A stretch of DNA of 64,000 nucleotides from a virus (Duplodnaviria > Heunggongvirae > Uroviricota > Caudoviricetes). Made by a program: the position numbers and the translations under genes. Position 1 is the stretch's first letter. Each line of letters starts with the position of its first letter. Where the stretch lies: IMG/VR virus record IMGVR_UViG_3300017655_000275. One strand, 5' to 3'. Of this stretch, positions 40,796 through 49,193 are shown in pieces. The notes under the pieces are model-generated. The model worked only from the letters and a program-made list of their open reading frames with translations, made no database searches and was not told the DNA's origin.

Positions 40796-41137
40796 ATGTT
40801 TCGATCGGTAGTGTCTGCCATTGTTGCCAGTTGTGTGATCACGACCACCTTTCCGACCGTAACTCTAGCCCATGACCACCGCATGTCGGGATTTATCGTC
40901 CTTGCACAAGGTGGGCAGAGTAAGGACACGGAACAGCAGTGCAGGAAGGAGAGGGCGGATACCCTCGCGGCCTGTATCGGGAAGGCTACGGACGATGTTC
41001 TCGACTGTCAGAAGGTCTGTGAGGATCTGCACGATGTGGGCGCAGACCTCAACGACTGTCGCCGGGATTGTTCCGAAGTGGAGCTCGAGCAAAAAACCGA
41101 CTGCTACGATGAGGAGAGAGCAACCTCCTGTGATTGA
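40796..41137 (+). CDS. Small secreted Cys-rich protein
   Basis: Signal-like N-terminus; 8 Cys in the mature part. Confidence 0.75.
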   Translation: MFRSVVSAIVASCVITTTFPTVTLAHDHRMSGFIVLAQGGQSKDTEQQCRKERADTLAACIGKATDDVLDCQKVCEDLHDVGADLNDCRRDCSEVELEQKTDCYDEERATSCD

Positions 41138-41295
41138 AATCCTCTGAGGACTGCAGGATTGTTCCACAGCGCCAGGCATGGGTATAGCGCCTTGCCTGGC
41201 AATGTTTATGCTCGCAGCCTCTGGACCGGAATGCGAAAAAGATATAGATTTCGCAGAAATCCCATCCGGTCGGGAAAGTTGAGACGAGGTCCGCC

Positions 41296-41775
41296 ATGAC
41301 AAGGCACGCCAATACGAATTCCTCATTGATCGCCGAAAACCGGCGTGCCCGTTTCGATTATCATATCGAGGATGACCTGGAGGCCGGGATCATCCTGCAC
41401 GGGTCCGAGGTCAAGTCGCTTCGCGCCGGCGGCACCAATATTGCCGAGAGCTATGCATCTGTCGAGGGTGGGGAGCTTTGGCTCGTAAATGGCTATATCG
41501 CCCCCTACAAGATGTCGGGGGTCTGGGGGCACGAAGAGCGCAGACGCCGCAAGCTGCTGGTCTCGCGCAAAGAGCTGGCGCGTCTCTGGAACGCGACCCA
41601 GCGGGAAGGCATGACGATCGTTCCGCTGAAAATGTATTTCAGTGAACGCGGTGTTGCGAAAATCCGCATCGGAATCGCCAAGGGGAAGAAGCTTGCCGAC
41701 AAGCGCGAGACCAGCGCCAAACGTGACTGGAACCGGCAGAAGGCACGCCTGTTGAAAGAGGGTGCCCGCGGATAA
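41296..41775 (+). CDS. smpB: SsrA-binding protein SmpB
   Basis: [38 protein letters not shown]. Confidence 0.97.
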   Translation: MTRHANTNSSLIAENRRARFDYHIEDDLEAGIILHGSEVKSLRAGGTNIAESYASVEGGELWLVNGYIAPYKMSGVWGHEERRRRKLLVSRKELARLWNATQREGMTIVPLKMYFSERGVAKIRIGIAKGKKLADKRETSAKRDWNRQKARLLKEGARG

Positions 41776-41790
41776 GCGCAGGGCATCGGC

Positions 41791-41988
41791 ATGAGCCAGT
41801 CGGTCCGCATCCTTCCGCTGCATCTCCGGGGCCCGCGTCACGCGCGGCTCCGCCAGCAGCTGTTCGAGGCGCAGGGCGAGACGGCCAGGTTGTGGAACGA
41901 CTGCGTCACCTGGCATCGGCCACATATCCGTGGTGGAGGCGAGGCGCAGCACAAGCTCATGATCATTGGAGCGGATGATGTCGGTTAG
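41791..41988 (+). pseudogene. N-terminal remnant of an IS200/IS605 TnpB
   Basis: MSQSVRILPLHLRG...AQGETARLWNDCVTWHR resembles TnpB N-termini; similarity stops after about 43 aa. Confidence 0.55.
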
Positions 41989-42070
41989 AAGCCCTGATCG
42001 ATCGGTTCCAGCAATCCACAGGTAAGCAAGGGTTTAGGTTCAATCCTTAAACATATTCGCATGAATGGCG

Positions 42071-42099
42071 TTGCGGCAATCGGGCCACGGGAATACAAT
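42071..42099 (+). promoter_or_regulatory. sigma70 promoter of the PARP gene
   Basis: TTGCGG-N17-TACAAT. Confidence 0.7.
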
Positions 42100-42136
42100 C
42101 CACAAGGACTTTCATTTCAGGGACGTATTTCTTCTC

Positions 42137-43426
42137 ATGCAGGGTTCTTCCGAGACAAAGATGTTCATCCTTACGGATGCGAAAAATAACAACAACAAAT
42201 TTTGGGAGATCTCCATCGACGGATCCGGAACCGTTGCGACCCGGAACGGGCGGGTCGGATCCAAAGGTCAGTCTCGCGTTCTTGGGAATGGTCGCAGGCT
42301 GTTCGATTCCAAGATCCGGGAAAAGGAACGCGGAGGCTACAAACCGATCGATCTCGTCGGGGCGCCGGCATCAGCAGCCAATATCAATGGCGAGGCCTTG
42401 GTGACGGCCGCGGAAGAACAGATCGGGCAGGGCAATCCGGTGGTGATCGGGCTCGTCCGCGAGCTTGCGAAAATCAACAGGCATCAGATTCTTGCCGCAT
42501 CCGGCGGTCAGATGGATCTCGACCTCTCAACTGGAGTCATCAGCACGCCAGTAGGTGTCGTCACCGGCGAAAACGTGGCAAGGGCCCGGGCCATGCTGCA
42601 GGGCTTCGAAGGTTTTGTTTCCGCCGGAGACTTCGACAATCCGGCCTTCATACACCCGCTCGAACAATATCTGATGCTGGTGCCGCAGAAGGTTGGATCC
42701 CGCCGCGGTTGGCATCGTGATTTCATCCGCGGGCTGGAAGATCTGGTGAAGCAATCCTCTCTTCTGGATCAACTCGAATCCTCCATCGAGATCGCCGAGC
42801 AGCGCGTCAAAGACGCGAAGATGGCGGGCGACAAGCCGGAAATCGAAAAGATCTTCGATGTGGCAATGCGGATTTCCGAGGATGGAAGGCTCCGCAACCA
42901 GATCCAGGACTTCTTCGAGAAGGGCCGGCAGCGCATGCATGCGTCCCGAGATCTGAAAATGGCCAGGATCTTCGAGGTGTCTCTTGGAGGCATGAACAGG
43001 GAATTTGCGGAAGATGGAGAGACGGTCGGCGGTATCCGTCAGCTCTGGCACGGCACGCGCGCACATAACCTGATTTCGATCCTGAAAAGCGGATTGATCA
43101 TTCCGAAATCGAACGGCTCGATTCATGTCACTGGACGCATGTTCGGCGACGGCCTCTACTTCAGCGACCAGAGCACCAAATCGCTGAATTATGCCTACGG
43201 ATACTGGGATCGAGGTGCCAGGGACGACCGGTGCTACATGTTCCTGGCGGATGTGGCGATGGGTAAGTCCTGGCACCCCAATCGGACAGGATCAAACGTG
43301 CGGCCGCCTGCCGGCTATGACAGTGTCTTCGCCCGTGGCGGCCAGGACATCGTCCACAACAACGAGATGATCGTCTACAGGACCAGCCAGGCGAAGCTCA
43401 ATTACCTCGTCGAATTCGAAGCATGA
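42137..43426 (+). CDS. PARP-like ADP-ribosyltransferase (WGR - helical regulatory domain - ART)
   Basis: NNKFW...RNGRVGSKGQ (WGR); LWHGT, GRMFGDGLYF, KSLNY, NNEMIVY (H-Y-E triad). Confidence 0.92.
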   Translation: MQGSSETKMFILTDAKNNNNKFWEISIDGSGTVATRNGRVGSKGQSRVLGNGRRLFDSKIREKERGGYKPIDLVGAPASAANINGEALVTAAEEQIGQGNPVVIGLVRELAKINRHQILAASGGQMDLDLSTGVISTPVGVVTGENVARARAMLQGFEGFVSAGDFDNPAFIHPLEQYLMLVPQKVGSRRGWHRDFIRGLEDLVKQSSLLDQLESSIEIAEQRVKDAKMAGDKPEIEKIFDVAMRISEDGRLRNQIQDFFEKGRQRMHASRDLKMARIFEVSLGGMNREFAEDGETVGGIRQLWHGTRAHNLISILKSGLIIPKSNGSIHVTGRMFGDGLYFSDQSTKSLNYAYGYWDRGARDDRCYMFLADVAMGKSWHPNRTGSNVRPPAGYDSVFARGGQDIVHNNEMIVYRTSQAKLNYLVEFEA

Positions 43427-43440
43427 AAGGAATGTGAAAA

Positions 43441-43971
43441 ATGGATTCTGGAAAGATCTTCAGTGCCGAGGTTGCACCTTCGCTCATCCTTATGGATGTC
43501 TTGGGGCGCCGCAATCCGGTCGTAACCGCGGAGCATGCGCTTTTCGCCCTCGACTATGCGAACAAGCTGCATGGATTGGGCGGTAAGGGGATCGCAAAGC
43601 GTGTGGATGATGATTCAGGAGTGCTGGACTATCGGGGGATGTTCATCCTGCATTATCGCTCTCGCGCAGGCAGAGCGACGAAGTCAGAGATCGCCCGTGT
43701 CGCACGGATCATTGCCTCCAGCCAGATCCGCAGGAACGATTGGCCGGTGGCCGGTGAAACGCTTTTCGTGACCGGGAGTCGCGCGCTCGTCTATCCCGAA
43801 ATCGCAGCCGTCGGCGCCTCGACCGTCCCGTTCCTTGTTTCGACCAGCATCTGGTATAACCACAACCGTGTCACCGAAGCTTTCCCGTCAACGAAGGCCC
43901 AGGAGCAGATGCTTCTCGAAGACATCAACTCCCGCCTGGATGACGGTGAGGTGTCCGTCCATCGCCAGTAA
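43441..43971 (+). CDS. Hypothetical protein co-transcribed with PARP
   Basis: 14 bp after the PARP stop; shared terminator downstream. Confidence 0.7.
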   Translation: MDSGKIFSAEVAPSLILMDVLGRRNPVVTAEHALFALDYANKLHGLGGKGIAKRVDDDSGVLDYRGMFILHYRSRAGRATKSEIARVARIIASSQIRRNDWPVAGETLFVTGSRALVYPEIAAVGASTVPFLVSTSIWYNHNRVTEAFPSTKAQEQMLLEDINSRLDDGEVSVHRQ

Positions 43972-43991
43972 TCAGGGCTGGCAGTCTGATC

Positions 43992-44029
43992 AAGAAGGTC
44001 CCCAAATGAAATCGGGGACCTTCTTTTTT
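43992..44029. terminator. Bidirectional terminator
   Basis: AAGAAGGTCCCC-N10-GGGGACCTTCTT plus T run, between convergent genes. Confidence 0.88.
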
Positions 44030-44034
44030 GCGGA

Positions 44035-44379
44035 TCAGGGTTGCACCGTGTCCATCCCGTTCATCACTTCCTGCCACACCTCGATCTCAACCAGGGGGAT
44101 CGTGGTCTTCTCGTCATCGGCCGAATGCCATTTGACGATGCCGGGACGCGGCTCCGGCAGGCCCAGTTTCCTCACCAACAGATGTCCCCCGCTATGGAGA
44201 TCTTCGACATCGACCGAGATTTCCTCGTCCAGGATCGCCTGGCAGTAAAACTCGGCTGCCTGCACCGGACTGTCCGCATAGACGCACCAGGATGTGTTCT
44301 CCTCGGTATTCGGACCTTCGACATCATAGAGGTTCAGAGACATGGCTTTTCCTTCAAGGGGACGGTGTTGCGTTTTCAT
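44035..44379 (-). CDS. Hypothetical acidic protein
   Basis: ORF in a minus-strand gene run. Confidence 0.65.
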   Translation of the reverse strand: MKTQHRPLEGKAMSLNLYDVEGPNTEENTSWCVYADSPVQAAEFYCQAILDEEISVDVEDLHSGGHLLVRKLGLPEPRPGIVKWHSADDEKTTIPLVEIEVWQEVMNGMDTVQP

Positions 44380-45082
44380 TTCCTGACATGGTCCAGGCTA
44401 TGTCATCGGGGTCGATCAGCCTTTCCGTGAGATCGGCCGGTCGTGCAATGGCCTTCACGACAACGTCGCCAGGGCCGATTTCGGAATTGTCCTCTTTCTC
44501 CTGAACCCAAGCCAGGAACCGCAAAGTCGCTTCCTCCTGATCCCGGGCGACGACATAGGCGTCCACGAAAGTATCGCCGACCCATGCCTTCATCACCGCG
44601 GGACCGTTTTCAGGGGGGACCACTTCACCCGGAAGAAAACCTGTGGGCAGACCGCACACTTCCCTGGCACAGGCGCCATCGTCGCAGGTTCCGCCGAGCA
44701 GAACATCCGCGATCTGAAGTGCCTGTTCTCCGGATTCTGCTGCGATGAAGAATTCATCGGTCCTGAAATTCTCACGGACCTCGTATAGCTTCAGCTCATC
44801 GAAGGTGAAGTCGTAGAGATCATCGGCACGCAATATGATGTCGAGCGCCGAATTGACCAGATCGTTCAGATCGTCTCCCACGACGCACCAGATCTGATCG
44901 CCGCAGGACGCATCCCGCTGAGATCTGGCATCCTTCGTATCACACTCGGCAACCATGAACCTTCCGGAGAAATCCGTGTTCATCTTCGGGTCTCGATCTC
45001 CGGCGACGAAACCGAAACCCTGCAGGACGGCAATTCTGCCATCCCTGGATGCCGGGATATGGATGTGCTTCTTCTCAGGCAT
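44354..45082 (-). CDS. Hypothetical protein
   Basis: Probable start MPEKK behind GAGG. Confidence 0.7.
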   Translation of the reverse strand: MPEKKHIHIPASRDGRIAVLQGFGFVAGDRDPKMNTDFSGRFMVAECDTKDARSQRDASCGDQIWCVVGDDLNDLVNSALDIILRADDLYDFTFDELKLYEVRENFRTDEFFIAAESGEQALQIADVLLGGTCDDGACAREVCGLPTGFLPGEVVPPENGPAVMKAWVGDTFVDAYVVARDQEEATLRFLAWVQEKEDNSEIGPGDVVVKAIARPADLTERLIDPDDIAWTMSGNENATPSP

Positions 45083-45136
45083 GCGGAAACCTCGTTGCAG
45101 ACATGCATGACAGTAGTTTTCCTGCGCGAAAATATC

Positions 45137-45165
45137 TTGCGAAAAATGATACGTAATACTAGGCT
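45137..45165 (+). promoter_or_regulatory. sigma70 promoter pointing against the local gene direction
   Basis: TTGCGA-N17-TAGGCT; predicted +1 at A45172. Confidence 0.6.
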
Positions 45166-45171
45166 TACTGC

Positions 45172-45280
45172 ACACCCTGGCCGGCGGGGCAGTGGCCTCG
45201 CGGGAATTCGGCGATCTCCGGAGCGGTCAAGGTGTCTAAACCGCATTGCGGGGGTCCCGGGTCGCTACCGGGACCCATAC
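45172..45280 (+). ncRNA. Candidate structured small RNA of about 110 nt, family unknown
   Basis: 5' ACACCCTGGCCG pairs with CGGTCAAGGTGT (45224-35), enclosing two hairpins; ends in a 9-bp GGGTCCCGG/CCGGGACCC stem. Confidence 0.5.
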
Positions 45281-45281
45281 T

Positions 45282-45728
45282 TCACTGGAAGCCGGTGTCG
45301 TCCTCGAACTGATATCTCGTTTCCCAATCCTCGATCATCATGGCGATTTCCTCCGCTTCATCATCGGGGAGATGTGCCGTGACATGAAGAACGTCCTTCT
45401 GTGAAGCGGCCGTCAGAACTGCGGCAGTCAATTCCTGGAGCTCATGATCTTCGATCCGGTCAATCAGGTCGACGGTAACTTTCCGATCGGACGGTGCTGA
45501 CGATGCATGCTCCCATAGCGAGTTTCGCAAATGAACAATCGACGCTGCATCCATCATCTCGAGCGCGCCTTCGAAAAGGCCATTGCCGGCATGTTCCCCC
45601 ATGGTGTGGATAAGGTCGAGCGTGAGCGCGCCGAGATCCGCATCGCTCAAGTCCTTGATGGAATCTGCATCGATCGTTTCGATCGGTGGGTAGCTTGTCG
45701 CCATGATTTCCTCCTGATCCAAGCGCAA
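45282..45728 (-). CDS. Hypothetical acidic helical protein
   Basis: ORF in a minus-strand run. Confidence 0.7.
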   Translation of the reverse strand: MRLDQEEIMATSYPPIETIDADSIKDLSDADLGALTLDLIHTMGEHAGNGLFEGALEMMDAASIVHLRNSLWEHASSAPSDRKVTVDLIDRIEDHELQELTAAVLTAASQKDVLHVTAHLPDDEAEEIAMMIEDWETRYQFEDDTGFQ

Positions 45729-45758
45729 TCCCGAAAATATTCAGCACGCCGGTGAAAA

Positions 45759-46874
45759 TTAGAAGGACATGGACGGTATGCGAGCCGACTCGACCTCCTC
45801 CATAGCTCTGCCTGCCTCGTGCCCGCACAGCCATTGCAGGCTATATCCGGCTGGTTCAGCGAAAGCGACCAAGGCGCGATGAAGCGCGTTTCGTGTCAAG
45901 CCGACGGAGTCGGCAAAGCGCTCGACCCTGATCTCCTGACCAAATCCGCGCCCGAGGAGATCGCCGGCCACGACACAGAGCAGATCGCGACTGCCTCGGG
46001 GCATCCATTCAAGGTCCGGATCATATTTCAGGCACTTTTCCATCGCATTGATGGCATCGTGCAGCTCATCGAGCTTGTATCCGATCTCTTCCAGTTCGTC
46101 CTCTATGGTCATCTCGCGCTCCTCGATCGAGAGGAACTTCGCGAAGACCAGGAACAGCTTTTGCATTTCGGACAAGTCGGGGGAGGGGGGATCGGCATAG
46201 AAGAAGTTTGTCCCGAAAGGAGGCGAGACGCGATCCGGTTCCATGACCCTGATCCAGTTGTCGATCTTGATCAGGGATTTCAGACCTGCTGCCTGTGCCG
46301 CGCCATAGAGTGCAGGGCCGTCCTGCAGGTGCTCGACCGGATCGGCAAGCAGGCTCCGCAGGCGGCCGGCGTCCAGCAAGGACACCTCTCCCTTGGCCAG
46401 GCCGGGCAGTTCGGCCGCTTCTGCCAGGTCAAAGCGAGATGTGGGGGATGCCTTCCCGATCATGGCGGCTATTGCCGCTTCCGGCGCATGGGCGTTTCCC
46501 GAAAGAAAGCCGGCCATGAAGATGCCAGGGCGCATGCGCTGCGCCTGCCCGATGCCGCCTTCGTCATACTCGTCGTTCTCGCCGAGATAGATGTGGGGGC
46601 GGTCCGGACTGGTCATGGCCCAACGGGTCGGATCGAGAATGCGGCCGTCCTGCAGGCGCAGCCAACTGTGCTGCTGCATGCCGGCGCGTGAATAGACCGA
46701 ATCCTTCGAGACCCAACCGGTGAAATGTCCGCGGACCAGGCGCATGCCTTCCGTCGGCATCCTGTGGAGGATAGCCTCGGCGATTCCATGACAGTTTCCC
46801 GGCCAACGATCGAGCGGGATACCGATCTCAGCGGCCACGATCTCGGGATCCAGGGGAAAGGTTGGATTGGACAT
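45759..46874 (-). CDS. Hypothetical protein with N-terminal transglutaminase/papain-like Cys-His-Asp motif
   Basis: GNCHG, QHSWL, ILDPT spaced like a transglutaminase-like triad; probable start MSNPT. Confidence 0.55.
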   Translation of the reverse strand: MSNPTFPLDPEIVAAEIGIPLDRWPGNCHGIAEAILHRMPTEGMRLVRGHFTGWVSKDSVYSRAGMQQHSWLRLQDGRILDPTRWAMTSPDRPHIYLGENDEYDEGGIGQAQRMRPGIFMAGFLSGNAHAPEAAIAAMIGKASPTSRFDLAEAAELPGLAKGEVSLLDAGRLRSLLADPVEHLQDGPALYGAAQAAGLKSLIKIDNWIRVMEPDRVSPPFGTNFFYADPPSPDLSEMQKLFLVFAKFLSIEEREMTIEDELEEIGYKLDELHDAINAMEKCLKYDPDLEWMPRGSRDLLCVVAGDLLGRGFGQEIRVERFADSVGLTRNALHRALVAFAEPAGYSLQWLCGHEAGRAMEEVESARIPSMSF

Positions 46875-47361
46875 CGGAAAGGTCGGTCCTTGGAAGAGGC
46901 ACGACAAGGATAATGGGAAAGGAAGAAAATCCAAAAGACAGACTGTAAACAGATGAAGAACAAAAAATGATCGTTGCACTTCTCACTAAACGAGAAAGAT
47001 AAATAAAAAATAGCAGTTCCACGCATGAGAAAAAATAAAATACCAAATACTGAACAATCCTCACCTGAGGTAATGGAAAAGAGATGATACGCCACTCTTC
47101 TGCATGGACAGGACATGTCGAAAGGTTGCCTCACCGGCAACAGCAGACAGACTTATCATCAAAATGTGGAAAAGTATTGTCCTCCCTCTTCGAAAAAGCT
47201 ACTCTGTATGCGAAAAGGTTCGATCGGCCGCCGGCTCGACCAGGAAACGGTCGAGATACCGGGCGCCGAGGAGCCGCAGGGCATGCGCGGTATTGGACAG
47301 CCCCTTCGTATACCAGACTTTCATGGATTTTCGGTTGCTCTCATTTGGAAAGGGTTGAGCT

Positions 47362-48207
47362 TCAGGGGGAAGGAGTTTCGGATTCTGGCTCCGGTATTCC
47401 GATCAGGGAAGCAAAGCGGCCGTCGTAGAGGCTAGCCCTGCCGTTTCCGCCGATCTCCCAGACCCGATAGCCGCGGCGATGAGCCATGCGGAGGAGCGAC
47501 CCGACAGGAAGGCGCTCCGCGATACCGTCAAATCCGAATCCTGGCGCATCTGAGGCCCGGAGTTCATCGCGGATCTGTCGGAGAGCGGACTGCTGCAGCT
47601 TCCATGTGATGTCGCGCGGCGTCAGGATAAGGATGAGCGCCATTTCCGTTCCATCGCCCCCGGTCAGAGGTCCGGAACCGGGATGTGTATAGCCACGGTA
47701 ATGACCGGTCATTCCGGTCATGTAGCGCAGATCGCTTGCGATGTCCCGTGGAGGCTCGGATCCCAGGATCCTCTTGACCTGGGCCAGTGGCATGGCGTCC
47801 CACCGTGATATCCCCGCAGCGGACGATCCGTCCAGCCAGGAATTCCACACCCTGACCGCAGGGTCGGGGTGATATGCCAAGCCCTCTTCCTCAAAGCCCT
47901 GCATCGGTCGGTGTCCGGGTGGCAGGGGAGCCAGGCTCGTGCGACCCTCGATGCCGTGCTCCAGGATGAGATCGGGACGATCCCAGACGAAATTGTAGGC
48001 GCTGGAAGTCAGGCTGATACCGACGCCCATTTCGCTGGCGAAGCGGTAAGCATGATCCCAGTCATCGACAGGGTTGTTGGTCTTGATGCGATGTTCACTG
48101 CCTCCCAGCCCATCGGGCACCAGGTGGATGCCACGATAGCTCTCCGGAACCCGGCTGTCGTAGTCGACGGTGAGAAGAAATGACTCCGGCGTCTTTTTCA
48201 GCGGCAT
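47362..48207 (-). CDS. Hypothetical protein; N-terminal domain shared with the PncA extension
   Basis: VDY...PESYRG...TNNPVDDW...SS...FVWDRP. Confidence 0.72.
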   Translation of the reverse strand: MPLKKTPESFLLTVDYDSRVPESYRGIHLVPDGLGGSEHRIKTNNPVDDWDHAYRFASEMGVGISLTSSAYNFVWDRPDLILEHGIEGRTSLAPLPPGHRPMQGFEEEGLAYHPDPAVRVWNSWLDGSSAAGISRWDAMPLAQVKRILGSEPPRDIASDLRYMTGMTGHYRGYTHPGSGPLTGGDGTEMALILILTPRDITWKLQQSALRQIRDELRASDAPGFGFDGIAERLPVGSLLRMAHRRGYRVWEIGGNGRASLYDGRFASLIGIPEPESETPSP

Positions 48208-48731
48208 GACATCGACCTCGCCTCCAGATAGCCCCTGATCCGGTCCAGGCCGCAAGAGCTGCCGGCAATCTCTCGAGGCTGGCAGCAAAGCACCGTATTG
48301 TATTTTTCCATCCAGGCGAGGATGCCCGCGGTGTCATCACCCAGAATTCCGCGAAGAAGCTCGGCGATCCTGATGATTTTGAGCTTGTCCTTCAGCGGAC
48401 GGAAATCCCCCGGCAGGCCAAGGGCATCGCGAGCCCTGAGGTAGGATTGTCGAATATCGCGAAGCCTGTTCAGGCCCATGGCGTCGAGATATTCTCCGCC
48501 GCAGCAATTATCATATGGGCAGGTCTCGTCGTCCTCGATTGCGCTTTCCCATTCGTGACGGCAGCGGGTGCAGCGATGGAGATGCTGATCGGGACCTCCG
48601 CCGGAATGCGGCTCGACATGGAGGACCTTCGCCCGAGCGGAGCAGCGCGGGCAATTGCGGAAGCTGTCGCGCGCAGTATCCCATGCGTCGAAGCCGATGC
48701 TTTCAAAAGCGGCACCCATCTCAGTTTCCAA
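48198..48731 (-). CDS. Zn-ribbon protein with C-terminal Xre/MbcA/ParS (DUF2384)-like antitoxin domain
   Basis: CPRC...CTRC; AWMEKYNTVLCCQPREIAGSSCGLDRIRGYLEA. Confidence 0.5.
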   Translation of the reverse strand: METEMGAAFESIGFDAWDTARDSFRNCPRCSARAKVLHVEPHSGGGPDQHLHRCTRCRHEWESAIEDDETCPYDNCCGGEYLDAMGLNRLRDIRQSYLRARDALGLPGDFRPLKDKLKIIRIAELLRGILGDDTAGILAWMEKYNTVLCCQPREIAGSSCGLDRIRGYLEARSMSCR

Positions 48732-49188
48732 TATTCATTGCGGTTTCTTCGTTGGGATTGAAATTCGGCGGCGCATGTGTCGGCATTTCCGTCCAGGCAA
48801 TTGGATCGACCGGAGTCCAGCGACCGAAGGCCATCCAATGAGCCGCATGGCTACCTTCCTGCGCCCACCGCATCTGCTTCTGACCCCAAGCCCCAAAATC
48901 GCCGATGATCCAGCGGCCATCCTTTGGGGCATCAGCCATGGTCTTCCAACAATCGCGTTGGTTCGACGTCGACATGACCAGATATGGTAGAACGGCACTC
49001 TCGCGCCAATGTTCTGCCGCAGCCATGAGTGGATCCGGGCTTGTCACTCCGGCCAGGGTCAAATCCCAGGACGCCCAGAATTTTCCTTCCTCGTGGCAAA
49101 TACTGAAAGACTTCCCCGTGATAGGACAGGTGGCGAATAGCGTGTCGCGCTGTTCCCACATGAGCGGTTTCAAACAGATTTCCGACAT
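48721..49188 (-). CDS. Phage-like protein with DUF551-like C-terminus
   Basis: WKTMADAPKDGRWII...PIAWTEMP. Confidence 0.6.
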   Translation of the reverse strand: MSEICLKPLMWEQRDTLFATCPITGKSFSICHEEGKFWASWDLTLAGVTSPDPLMAAAEHWRESAVLPYLVMSTSNQRDCWKTMADAPKDGRWIIGDFGAWGQKQMRWAQEGSHAAHWMAFGRWTPVDPIAWTEMPTHAPPNFNPNEETAMNIGN

Positions 49189-49193
49189 CTGTC

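Noticed and set aside
42030-42055. T-arm-like GTTTAGG-TTCAAT-CCTTAAAC hairpin as a tRNA or tmRNA remnant
   Set aside because: No acceptor stem, D arm or CCA
47115-47435. 106-aa plus-strand ORF after the A-rich tract
   Set aside because: Atypical composition and overlap with the end of ORF 47362; not supportable
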